From NCBI GenBank assembly GCA_043799385.1, contig JAZDNV010000011.1:1-25878 (forward strand): a DNA stretch of 25,878 nt. Direction: 5' to 3'. The DNA comes from Candidatus Aenigmatarchaeota archaeon (GTDB lineage Archaea; Aenigmatarchaeota; Aenigmatarchaeia; GW2011-AR5). Below, piece by piece: positions 8,710 to 17,470 of this stretch (positions are counted from its first letter, which is position 1; every line of letters starts with the position of its first letter). A program made the translations under genes and the position numbers. The notes under the pieces are model-generated. The model had not been told where the DNA came from, made no database searches, and worked only from the letters and a program-made list of their open reading frames with translations.

Positions 8710-8715
8710 AGGCTA

Positions 8716-8723
8716 TTTATAAA
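8716..8723 (+). promoter_or_regulatory. TATA box of hel308
   Basis: TTTATAAA ending 23 nt upstream of ATG 8746. Confidence 0.6.
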
Positions 8724-8745
8724 TCTTCTCCAATCATTTATCACT

Positions 8746-10866
8746 ATGGACGAACTGCCACTGCAGAAACATTTTCTTGAAATACTGAAAAATGAAGTAA
8801 AGGAATTCAATCCGCCACAGAAGATGGCATTAAAGAATGGATTACTTGATGGAAAGAACTTGGTTATCGCTTCGCCTACGGCTTCTGGCAAAACAATGAT
8901 TGCAGAAATCGCGATGCTGAACAATTTCTCTAACAGCAGCGGAAAAACGCTCTACCTAGTGCCATTGAAGGCATTAGCCTCTGAGAAATACCACGAGTTC
9001 AAGGAAAAATACGGCAGATACATGAGAATCGCTATGTCTGTCGGCGACCTAGACTCAGGTGACGAGTGGTTAGGCAACTATGACCTCATCATTCTCACAA
9101 ACGAAAAGGCGGACTCGCTATTGCGCCATCAAGTCAGCTGGATGAAATCAGTGAATTTGATAATCGCTGACGAGATTCATCTGTTGAACGACCCTGGCCG
9201 CGGACCTACTCTTGAGATAGTTCTCACCCGGCTAAGGCAGACGACAAAGAGCCAGATTATCGCACTGTCTGCGACGATAAGAAACGCGGACGAGATAGCA
9301 ACATGGTTGAACGCGAATCTAGTGAAGAGCGATTACCGTCCTGTAAAGCTAAACAGCGGCGTATTCTATCCGTACACACTGGCATTCGATGGCAATAGTT
9401 ATGAATTAGAGGGTCGCGGCGATTCAGAGACGCTCTTGAGCGAGGACACGATAAAGAAAGGCAAGCAGGCATTGATATTCGTATCGACGCGCCGCAGCGC
9501 CGAGGCAACAGCGGAAAAGATATCGAAAAAAATCACGTCAAGCAAAGAATTGTCCGCGCTAGCAAAAGACGTGGAAAACGCTTTATCAAGCCCGACAAAG
9601 CAGTGCAGAAGACTCGCAAAAATCGTTGCTCATGGCTGCGCTTTTCATCATGCCGGACTTGTGGCAAAGCAGCGAAAACTAATCGAGGATTCATTCAAGA
9701 GCGGAGCGATAAAAATACTTGCGGCAACGCCGACGCTCGCATTCGGCGTAAATCTGCCAGCATATCGCGTCATAATTCGCGACATGAGGCGATACGATGG
9801 CAATTACGGTTCCTCGTTCATACCGATACTCGAAGTTCAGCAGATGATGGGCCGGGCTGGTCGCCCAAAGTATGACAAGGAAGGTGAAGCGATTTTGATT
9901 GCAAAAAACGAGGATGAAGCGCAATCACTGAGAGAGCGATATATAGACGGCGAGCCTGAGCCGATTTATTCGAAATTATCGATGGACTCGGTCCTGAGAA
10001 TGCATCTATTGGCGCTAATTGCGTCAGACGCAATACAGAGTAGGGAAGACATGGAAAAGTTCTTCTCAAAGACGTTCTTCGCTTTCCAGTATCAGGATAT
10101 CGGCGAAGTCATGTATAAGCTGGATATAATTCTTGAGCAGCTGAAGAACTACAACTTCATAAGAATCGCGGAATCGATAAGCCCCACAAGAATCGGAAAG
10201 CGCGTTGCAGAACTCTATCTCGACCCCGAATCGGCGTACCATATAATAAAGAATCTTACTGCGAAGGACGACATGGAACTGACGATGATGATAAACGAAT
10301 GCATCGAAATGCATCCTTTGCTGAGGCCGAAGAGCGGCGACTGCTTAGAGGAAGAGCTGGCGAACTACTCGCTGCAGCAGCCGGACGTCTGGGACCTTGG
10401 CTACGAGGATTTCATGGCTGCTTTCAAGACGTCGCTGATGCTTCGCGACTGGATGGCAGAATACGGCGAGGATAAATTGCTCGATAACTATGGCATTGCT
10501 CCAGGCGAACTTTATAATAAGATAACCAACGCAGAGTGGATGCTCTACTCTGCGAAAGAGCTGGCGATACTGCTAAACAAGAATGAAATCGCCAAATCGC
10601 TGAAGAAAATGCAGGTCAGGGTAAAGCACGGCGTCCGCGAAGAGCTACTGCAGTTAGTGAAGTTAAGGAACATCGGCCGCGTGCGCGCGAGAATGCTCTA
10701 CCGCAAAGGCATAAAAACCGCGAGCGATATAAAGAATACGCCAGAAGCAACGATAGCAAAAATACTCGGCCCGAAGATTGCCAAGCAGCTTAAAGAAGTT
10801 TTGGAGGAATCATTAGACGAAAAGATGGGCAGGATAAAGAAACGCAGACATGGGTCCGTGGTTTAG
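8746..10866 (+). CDS. hel308: Hel308 (Ski2-like SF2) DNA helicase
   Basis: ASPTASGKT, PLKALASEK, DEIH, RGPTLE, LSATI, FHHAGL, ATPTLAFGVNLPA, QMMGRAGRP and C-terminal HhH with IGRVRARMLY. Confidence 0.96.
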   Translation: MDELPLQKHFLEILKNEVKEFNPPQKMALKNGLLDGKNLVIASPTASGKTMIAEIAMLNNFSNSSGKTLYLVPLKALASEKYHEFKEKYGRYMRIAMSVGDLDSGDEWLGNYDLIILTNEKADSLLRHQVSWMKSVNLIIADEIHLLNDPGRGPTLEIVLTRLRQTTKSQIIALSATIRNADEIATWLNANLVKSDYRPVKLNSGVFYPYTLAFDGNSYELEGRGDSETLLSEDTIKKGKQALIFVSTRRSAEATAEKISKKITSSKELSALAKDVENALSSPTKQCRRLAKIVAHGCAFHHAGLVAKQRKLIEDSFKSGAIKILAATPTLAFGVNLPAYRVIIRDMRRYDGNYGSSFIPILEVQQMMGRAGRPKYDKEGEAILIAKNEDEAQSLRERYIDGEPEPIYSKLSMDSVLRMHLLALIASDAIQSREDMEKFFSKTFFAFQYQDIGEVMYKLDIILEQLKNYNFIRIAESISPTRIGKRVAELYLDPESAYHIIKNLTAKDDMELTMMINECIEMHPLLRPKSGDCLEEELANYSLQQPDVWDLGYEDFMAAFKTSLMLRDWMAEYGEDKLLDNYGIAPGELYNKITNAEWMLYSAKELAILLNKNEIAKSLKKMQVRVKHGVREELLQLVKLRNIGRVRARMLYRKGIKTASDIKNTPEATIAKILGPKIAKQLKEVLEESLDEKMGRIKKRRHGSVV

Positions 10867-10975
10867 TTTGGTAGAATCCAGGCTTCGGGTGAGCTTTTCT
10901 TAAAAAGAAAATCTCAATCAAAAGAAGACAAAAACGGAAAAGCCTGTGACCTGAGTTCAAATCTCAGCGGACCCA
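10852..10975 (+). tRNA. tRNA-Pro(CGG) with 51-nt intron at canonical 37/38 (intron 10890-10940)
   Basis: Acceptor GGGTCCG/CGGACCC plus A, D-stem GTTT/GAAT, anticodon stem CAGGC/GCCTG, anticodon CGG at 10886-10888, T-arm CTGAG-TTCAAAT-CTCAG. The BHB central helix is TTCG/CGGA with a 3' AAA bulge. Confidence 0.93.
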
Positions 10976-11015
10976 TCCATCAACCCTTTTAAGATTGTTC
11001 TTCCATATTCTTTTC

Positions 11016-11645
11016 ATGAAAACGCAAAAATTACTTCTGGTAAGCGTAATAGCGATAACAGTGATGTTCGCAGTGAGCGTCGCTAAGCCGTTGCCAAAAA
11101 TCGTTGATGCAGACAAGGGGTTGTTCAAGAATCTTGTAAAAGACTATCTGCATCCTGAAATGAATGCATGGGGCATCGGACTGAACACAGCAAAGGACAG
11201 CTACATCGTCGCGAAACTGCACGTAACCTCGGTCAAGACTCTGCCAAGAAGCCAGATAGTCCAAATCTTAAAAGATGCGAAGGCTGGCGACATAACCACG
11301 TGGGGAGAGGTCAAGGACAAGATAAAAGAAGCCCTGGACGCCAGTGGCGTAACCACGACAAGCGGCAGAATCCAGGTAAACAAAGTCCAGTACGTTTTGA
11401 CTGACATTGCAAGGACTGACACGACATTTGCAGCAACGATAAGGGAAAAGCCGGTTTATCTGACATGCACCGCAGCGAATAAAACTGCAGCTGAATGCGA
11501 CGAGCAGGCAGCAACGATTGGCGACCTATCGCTGACGAAAAAGGATGCAGAGTTCGAGAATAAGCAGAAAATCTGGGCAGGAACAATGAACTTCAATAAT
11601 ACCGCCTACACGTTCGTTGCATTAGTCCAGCCAAAGGGTGTCTGA
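11016..11645 (+). CDS. Secreted hypothetical protein (~209 aa)
   Basis: Signal peptide MKTQKLLLVSVIAITVMFAVSVA from ATG 11016. Beta-rich mature part with one Cys pair (CTAANKTAAEC). Confidence 0.75.
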   Translation: MKTQKLLLVSVIAITVMFAVSVAKPLPKIVDADKGLFKNLVKDYLHPEMNAWGIGLNTAKDSYIVAKLHVTSVKTLPRSQIVQILKDAKAGDITTWGEVKDKIKEALDASGVTTTSGRIQVNKVQYVLTDIARTDTTFAATIREKPVYLTCTAANKTAAECDEQAATIGDLSLTKKDAEFENKQKIWAGTMNFNNTAYTFVALVQPKGV

Positions 11646-11646
11646 A

Positions 11647-11868
11647 ATGAATAAAGCAATAATTGTCGTAATCGCGGCAGTAGCGATAGCAGCAATAGCT
11701 TTATTCATGTCGGCAGGAACGCCGGTAACGAACGATGAAGAGAACCTTCTCTACAGCCAGATGGAAGTCGCGATAAACGAGCAGCTGGCAGGAATAGCGA
11801 TTGACGAGGATTTCTCAGCAATGGAGAACGATATTGCGAGCGATGAAAGCCTTTTCCTTTATGAATGA
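11647..11868 (+). CDS. Small membrane-anchored acidic protein (~73 aa)
   Basis: GGGTG SD-like motif at 11636-11640 before ATG 11647. N-terminal hydrophobic helix followed by an acidic tail. Coupled to the upstream gene. Confidence 0.7.
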   Translation: MNKAIIVVIAAVAIAAIALFMSAGTPVTNDEENLLYSQMEVAINEQLAGIAIDEDFSAMENDIASDESLFLYE

Positions 11869-11892
11869 TTTTTTATTTTTCTTTCATTTATT
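11869..11892 (+). terminator. Oligo-T tract, probable archaeal terminator
   Basis: TTTTTTATTTTTCTTT immediately after the stop codon, between convergent genes. Confidence 0.45.
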
Positions 11893-12126
11893 TTATATTT
11901 TACCATTCCTGTAAACCTTTTCGTCTATTATTTCAACGCCCTCAAACTTCCTTATATATTCTTCAACAGGCACCTTGCCGTTCACGGAAATATGAAACTC
12001 GTAAATGCCGTCTTTTAGTAAACGGGCGGATGAATAAAATTTTGAGTCCTGATAGAATCCGGTGACATCGAGTATGACCCTGTTTGCGTTGCCGTCAACC
12101 CGGAGAAGAACCTTGTGCAGCACCAT
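11893..12126 (-). CDS. Small hypothetical protein (77 aa), possibly ACT/ferredoxin-like fold
   Basis: ATG-initiated ORF filling the gap downstream of uppS. The pattern is compatible with beta-alpha-beta-beta-alpha-beta (inference). Confidence 0.6.
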   Translation of the reverse strand: MVLHKVLLRVDGNANRVILDVTGFYQDSKFYSSARLLKDGIYEFHISVNGKVPVEEYIRKFEGVEIIDEKVYRNGKI

Positions 12127-12169
12127 ATAATACTATGTGTTCGCAAGTTTTTATTTATTAGAATATGAT

Positions 12170-12877
12170 TTATTTCCCGAACCGTCTCTTCCTGCTCTCG
12201 AAGTCTTTCAATGCGGCGTTGAAGTCTTCTTTCTGCATCTCGGGCCATTTCTTGTCCAAGAAGATAAGCTCGGAATATACGGATTGATAGGGCAGGAAAT
12301 TGCTCAACCGCTTCTCGCCTCCGGTGCGGATTATCAAGTCCGGATACGGCTGGCCGTTCGTGTACAAATGATCCTTGATCAAACGCTCGTCAATATCAGA
12401 CGGCTTAATTATTCCCTTTAGCCCTTCCTCGAGTATTTTTTTCATCGCGTCAACGATTTCCTGCTGGCCGCCGTAGGCGACAGCAATGTTCAGAAAATGA
12501 TTATTATAATTCTTTGTTTTCTTTTCTGCCAATGCCATTTTCTTCTGCAGCGCTTTCGGCAAGAGATGCGTTCTGCCCGTGAATTTCACGCGGACTTTGA
12601 ATTTATTTACGACGTGATTCGAGTCTTTTATTATATTGTCTGCCTCGCCGCCGATGTATCTGAGAATCATCGTCAATTCTGCTTTCGGCCGTGAGGTGAG
12701 ATTCTCTAGAGAGAGCACGTACGCAGTCATGCATTTTATTCCCTTCTCGCACGCCCACTGCAGGACGTCTCGCGATTTCTCAAGACCGTATTTGTGCCCG
12801 ACCCATGGGTGCCTCATCAGCTGCTTAGCAAATCTTCTATTGCCGTCTAAAATCAGCCCTATGTGTTGCGGAAGCAT
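12170..12877 (-). CDS. uppS: cis-prenyltransferase (polyprenyl/undecaprenyl diphosphate synthase)
   Basis: PQHIGLILDGNRRFAK, LSLENL.SRP, AVAYGGQQEI, PDLIIRTGGEKRLSNFL and C-terminal RRFGK. Confidence 0.96.
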   Translation of the reverse strand: MLPQHIGLILDGNRRFAKQLMRHPWVGHKYGLEKSRDVLQWACEKGIKCMTAYVLSLENLTSRPKAELTMILRYIGGEADNIIKDSNHVVNKFKVRVKFTGRTHLLPKALQKKMALAEKKTKNYNNHFLNIAVAYGGQQEIVDAMKKILEEGLKGIIKPSDIDERLIKDHLYTNGQPYPDLIIRTGGEKRLSNFLPYQSVYSELIFLDKKWPEMQKEDFNAALKDFESRKRRFGK

Positions 12878-12952
12878 AGAAATACCTATTTATTTTTACG
12901 TATCGACTTTTTAATTATTATTGGATATAATTTAAAAGCTTACGGTGTCTAA

Positions 12953-13741
12953 ATGCTGGAGATAGCGATCGGTATTGCGGTAGCAGGATTGGTCATTTCA
13001 GGCATATGGGACCTGATGACGACCGAAGTGCCTGACGAAATACCGATTATGATGGTGTTTTCAGGCATATTCTTGTGGTACATAAACGCCATGATTACCG
13101 GTGACTTCGCGCCATTGGCTTATTCGCTGATTATCGGCACGACGCTACTGGCGGTTGGCTTGATTCTTTACAAAAAAGGAAAGTGGGGAGGAGCGGACGC
13201 CTGGCTTTTGGCGGCCGTAGCTTATCTTATACCGCTTTACAAGGGCGTATTCATATTCAGCTTTATGATAAACCTCGTTTTTGTCAGTTCGGCGTATATG
13301 ATAGTCTATTCGCTAGTTCTAGGCGCGATGAACCGTTGGGTCTTTCTGCTGCTACTCAAGGACATAAAAGACAATTTTAGAATTGTAGTCCTCATACCTG
13401 CGATGTTTTTCCTGTTCATGCTGTTTTCAATATATTTAATCGGTTTTGACATTCGTTCAGTGAGCATGTTCGTACTGATTACAGCGATGACCATGTTCTG
13501 GCGCTATGCGTTGGTGATAGAAAAAAACGTGTTCAAGAAAAAAATAGCGACATCGCGATTGAAGGTAGGCGACGTGCTTGATGAAATGATATGGCGCGGT
13601 TTGACCGACGACGAGGTTAAAAAGATTAGAAGAGAAAAAAGATTTGTGGTGATAAAAGAAGGGGTGCGCTTCGTCCCTGCATATACGATAACGCTGGTAG
13701 TTACGCTAATCTACGGAAATCTGTTCTGGATGATGCTATGA
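12953..13741 (+). CDS. Prepilin/prearchaellin peptidase (A24 family, PibD/FlaK/EppA-like)
   Basis: Polytopic protein with catalytic Asp motifs IWDL...EVPD and WGGAD. C-terminal LKVGD...GLT..E...IKEGVRFVPAY is typical of archaeal A24 enzymes. Confidence 0.88.
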   Translation: MLEIAIGIAVAGLVISGIWDLMTTEVPDEIPIMMVFSGIFLWYINAMITGDFAPLAYSLIIGTTLLAVGLILYKKGKWGGADAWLLAAVAYLIPLYKGVFIFSFMINLVFVSSAYMIVYSLVLGAMNRWVFLLLLKDIKDNFRIVVLIPAMFFLFMLFSIYLIGFDIRSVSMFVLITAMTMFWRYALVIEKNVFKKKIATSRLKVGDVLDEMIWRGLTDDEVKKIRREKRFVVIKEGVRFVPAYTITLVVTLIYGNLFWMML

Positions 13742-14763
13742 TAATCAATCTTCCATACAAAATACTGATAGACAGGTCAGTTGACGGAAAGATAGTCGAT
13801 TTCCTCAGGAGCATGAACCTGGGAAAGAACGTTCTTATAACATGCGGCCCGAACGTGAAGAAGAAAGTCGGGACAAAAATCATGAAAATTCTTTCAGAAT
13901 CATTCAGGGTAGGGATGGTGACCATAGAGACGACTGAAAAAAATTACATCGAGAACCTGGCAGAAAAGATAAGCGGATTCGACTTCGTCGTAGGTCTGGG
14001 CGGCGGAAGAAGCATAGACATTGCAAAATACGCGTCGTTCCTGGCAAAGAAGCCGTGGATTGCGTTTCCCACTACGCTGAGCCATGACGGCGTAGTTTCG
14101 TCACGGGCTAGCATAAACCACAACGGAGACAGGATATCGATAGACGCAATAGAGCCAATAGCCATAATCGCAGACCTGGATATAATAAAAAAATCATCCT
14201 ACCGCAACATAGCAGCAGGAGCCGGCGACGTAATATCGAATATATCATCCGTTGAGGACTGGAAAATCGCAGCAAAGAGGAACAAGGAAAGATACCATAC
14301 GCTGATGGCTGAGCTTTCGCTGCTTTCGGCACGGGCAGTGATAGAGCATATAGACGACATAAAAAAGAAGAACTATCACGGGCTTGAGATTCTGCTCTGG
14401 TCGCTGATATGCTCAGGCTTCGCGATGAACATCTACTGCTCCTCGCGGCCGTGCTCAGGAAGCGAGCATAACTTTTCGCATGCGTTGGATAGGATCGGCA
14501 CAAAGGCGATGCACGGCGAACAATGCGCGTTGGGAACGATAATCATGGCATATCTGCAGAAGAAAGACTGGAAGTCTGTGAGGGAACATCTCATAAGACT
14601 TGGCTTGCCGACAAACGCCAAAGAAATCGGAATAGGCGAAGAAACGTTGGCGATGGCGTTAGTCAACGCAAGGAAGATAAGAGAACGATATACGATACTC
14701 AATGAAAAGAACATAACCCGCGATGAAGCGAGAAAAATACTGAAGGAAGTCAAGATAATCTAA
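13738..14763 (+). CDS. egsA: sn-glycerol-1-phosphate dehydrogenase
   Basis: GLGGGRSIDIAKY, PTTLSHDG, GAGDVISN, SSRPCSGSEHNFSHALD, HGEQCALG and RERYTIL. ATGA overlap with the peptidase gene. Confidence 0.95.
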   Translation: MIINLPYKILIDRSVDGKIVDFLRSMNLGKNVLITCGPNVKKKVGTKIMKILSESFRVGMVTIETTEKNYIENLAEKISGFDFVVGLGGGRSIDIAKYASFLAKKPWIAFPTTLSHDGVVSSRASINHNGDRISIDAIEPIAIIADLDIIKKSSYRNIAAGAGDVISNISSVEDWKIAAKRNKERYHTLMAELSLLSARAVIEHIDDIKKKNYHGLEILLWSLICSGFAMNIYCSSRPCSGSEHNFSHALDRIGTKAMHGEQCALGTIIMAYLQKKDWKSVREHLIRLGLPTNAKEIGIGEETLAMALVNARKIRERYTILNEKNITRDEARKILKEVKII

Positions 14764-14765
14764 AC

Positions 14766-15500
14766 TTATTTCTTGTGATTTTTAACAACGCTTATTATTT
14801 CGCGGATCGCAGAAAAATTCTCTTCAGTTATCGTCCCCGTATTTATTATGTCTGCGCCGGCGCGAACGCATTCCTTCGCCTGCTTTGCGGAGCGTATGCC
14901 GCCTCCTACGATAAGCGGTATGTCTATATTTTTCTTCACTGCACGTATCATCTCTGGCGGAACAGGACGATTTGCGCCTGAGCCTGCTTCCAGGTAAACC
15001 AGAGCCATGCCAAGGTATTGCGCGGCCAAGGCATAGCTAACTGCACGATTGATATCCTTGCGCTTTATCAAATCCGCTTTGCCTACTTCTCCGACTTTCA
15101 TGCCCGGCTCGACAATCAGGTAAGCCATTGGTATTGTCTCAACGTCTATTTCCTTGACAGAAAGCGAGCCTTTTGCCTGCACGCCTGTTATCCAGTAAGG
15201 ATCTTTCGAGTTCATCAGCGACATGAACAAAAGTGCGTCTGCGTATTTTGATAAACCATTAAGACCGCCGGGAAAAAGCATTACAGGAATACGCGAGGTG
15301 TTTTTTATCGTCTTTATTGTGCTGTCAAGAAAAGACTGGTTGACGTTTGTCGATCCGCCGATAAGTATTGCGTCTGTCCCGAACGCTTCCAGGGATCTTA
15401 TTTTTTCCTTCAGATTCCTGAGCTTTCTAGGGTCAGGGTCAATAAGCGTGAAGTGCATTGCCCTTTTCTTGACCGTGTTGTAGATGTATTCGCGTATCAT
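14766..15500 (-). CDS. Geranylgeranylglyceryl phosphate (GGGP) synthase
   Basis: HFTLIDPD, DAILIGGS, PVMLFPG, LFMSLMNSKDPYWITG, YLEAGSGA and PLIVGGGIRS. The likely start is ATG 15500 (MIREYI), not 15554. Confidence 0.94.
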   Translation of the reverse strand: MIREYIYNTVKKRAMHFTLIDPDPRKLRNLKEKIRSLEAFGTDAILIGGSTNVNQSFLDSTIKTIKNTSRIPVMLFPGGLNGLSKYADALLFMSLMNSKDPYWITGVQAKGSLSVKEIDVETIPMAYLIVEPGMKVGEVGKADLIKRKDINRAVSYALAAQYLGMALVYLEAGSGANRPVPPEMIRAVKKNIDIPLIVGGGIRSAKQAKECVRAGADIINTGTITEENFSAIREIISVVKNHKK

Positions 15501-15566
15501 TATAAGAAATATTTTAAAATGCTTATAAAGATTGCATGTCCCGGAATGCGTCATTCGTTTTTCGCG

Positions 15567-17444
15567 TTATTCTACAATAACTGGTATGCGGTTGGAGAAG
15601 TCCTTCATCATGTCGTGTATCTCGTTTATCCGTCTGTCCAGGTAATTCACCCTTGCTGACAGCGGTATCGCGGACTGATCAGGACTATACGGTGTCTTCT
15701 GCTTTATTTCCTTCAGGCTGCGCTCGAATTCTTCCCTCGTGACCATGTTCGGCAAGCGTTTGTCCAGGGCTCTTGCAAAGTCTTCAAGGTTCTCGGCAAA
15801 GAATCTCTTTGCAGCTGAATCCAGCTTTCCTTCTAGGTTCTGCACAGTCTTCCTCTGCGCGAGTATCTCCTCTCTTATCTTCTTCATCTCGCTTAGGTCA
15901 AGAGTCTTCGAGAACTCCTTGCTCTCCATCTCTATTTTTAATCTTAATTCATCAATCTTTGAGTGCAATTCTCTGGTCTTGGCAGAAAGCTCTTTTTCAA
16001 TCTTGTCTTCTATTGTGCGGTACGGCTGCTCTGACCTCGCGCGGATATCTTGCATCGCCTTCTCGAGCGACACTCTTTCCGCGCTCTCTTCGTCAAGAGC
16101 GCTCTTGATTGAATTGACTTCCTGCACGGCATTCTCGAACAGCATCATCTTGTTGCTGAGGTCCTGCATCGCCTTCTCGAGCGACATCCTCTGCGTTGTT
16201 TCCTCTTCCAGTCTTTGCAGCAACTCTTTGCTTGGCTGGCGCTGGAAGCCGTAGCTTACACCAGTTTTTTCAACGGTGTCCATCCTGCCGGAAAGCTCTT
16301 TTACTGACTTCTCGAGCAGCGTTTCCTTTGTCGCTTCTCGTCCGAGCGTCTGCCTCATCTGCATCATTTTTGAGACATCGCCCTCTATTGACGATACTTT
16401 TTCATGCAAAGCCTCGAGATTATTTTCAATCGACGTCCTTCTCGAAATCTCCATGTCAACGCTCTTTTTCAGTGAAGAGACATCAGCCGTGTTTTTACTG
16501 AATTTATCGTATTCCTCAACCCGCTCTTCCAGAGAAAGCAATTTGGTATCCAGCGAATCCTTGACCGAATCCAGTTTCTCGAATCGCGATTTGAATTTTC
16601 CTTCCAGCGTCTGTATCCTGCTCTCCATGTCCTTTCTTATGAAATCGACCTCGCGAATATTATTCTTTACCTTGCTGTCCACTTCGTTTTTCATGTCCTC
16701 GATTCTTTCAGCGTCAGCGCTTATCTTTTCCTCAATCACCTTCATCCTCGAAATGAGCGCGTCAGCTTTTTCGACGTTGACCTCTGCATCGCCTATTTTC
16801 GATACAAGGGTGTCCCTTTCAACCATGACCCTGTCAAACTCGCCCTTCAGTGCTTTGAGTCTCTCGTACTCGCTGCTTAATTCCCTTTTCGCAGTGTTGA
16901 ACCTGTCTATATAATCCTGAATTTCTTTTTTCGAGATTTTGCCTGAACTCTGCATGGCATCCTTTATCTTGTTCATCGATTCCTCTATCGAGAGGATTTT
17001 CCTGCTCTGCATGTCAACAGTTTTCATCGAGTTCATTATATCGGGCGGTATAGAAACGCCTGATTTCATCTTCTCTTCTATACCAACCAGTCTATTCTCC
17101 AAATCAGGGCCGATGATTGGCATCGCAGGAATTGGCTTTGCTTTAACGTCGCTCTCCAATCTCGCTAGCCGCTGCTCCATATCAGTTGATATAACCGGCA
17201 CTGACGGTGCTGCTACAGCCTTTGGCGCAGGTGGAGCTTCCTTTATTTTCGTATACTCGACCTGCAGAAGAAGTAGTAAATCCTCAAGCTCATGCATTCG
17301 TTCTTCGACTTTTTCAGGCAGGCCTTCTGCTGGCTTTGACTCAAAAGTGGTAAATTTCTTCTCTATCTCAAAGAAGTTCTCCTTGCTGCGATTCTCCAAC
17401 TTTATCAGCCTTCCTTCGAGGTCCTGGAGCTTGGCGTCTACCAT
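15567..17444 (-). CDS. Long coiled-coil protein (625 aa) with internal 38-aa repeats
   Basis: E/K/L-rich heptads throughout, Pro-rich linkers near the N-terminus, no TM helix and no ATPase head. Ends in RIPVIVE. Confidence 0.85.
   Translation of the reverse strand: MVDAKLQDLEGRLIKLENRSKENFFEIEKKFTTFESKPAEGLPEKVEERMHELEDLLLLLQVEYTKIKEAPPAPKAVAAPSVPVISTDMEQRLARLESDVKAKPIPAMPIIGPDLENRLVGIEEKMKSGVSIPPDIMNSMKTVDMQSRKILSIEESMNKIKDAMQSSGKISKKEIQDYIDRFNTAKRELSSEYERLKALKGEFDRVMVERDTLVSKIGDAEVNVEKADALISRMKVIEEKISADAERIEDMKNEVDSKVKNNIREVDFIRKDMESRIQTLEGKFKSRFEKLDSVKDSLDTKLLSLEERVEEYDKFSKNTADVSSLKKSVDMEISRRTSIENNLEALHEKVSSIEGDVSKMMQMRQTLGREATKETLLEKSVKELSGRMDTVEKTGVSYGFQRQPSKELLQRLEEETTQRMSLEKAMQDLSNKMMLFENAVQEVNSIKSALDEESAERVSLEKAMQDIRARSEQPYRTIEDKIEKELSAKTRELHSKIDELRLKIEMESKEFSKTLDLSEMKKIREEILAQRKTVQNLEGKLDSAAKRFFAENLEDFARALDKRLPNMVTREEFERSLKEIKQKTPYSPDQSAIPLSARVNYLDRRINEIHDMMKDFSNRIPVIVE
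16051..16186. repeat. 22-bp exact direct repeat within the coiled-coil gene (114-nt spacing)
   Basis: TGCATCGCCTTCTCGAGCGACA at 16051-16072 and 16165-16186. It encodes SLEKAMQ twice on the minus strand. Confidence 0.9.
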
Positions 17445-17470
17445 ATTTCTATTTTGTTCGAAGTCATATA

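Noticed and set aside
15567..15600. C-terminal RIPVIVE as an archaeosortase sorting signal
   Set aside because: No TM helix or basic tail follows and the protein has no signal peptide.
16051..16186. 22-bp direct repeat as a CRISPR remnant or att site
   Set aside because: There are only two copies, in frame (114 nt) inside a coding repeat, and no cas or integrase genes.
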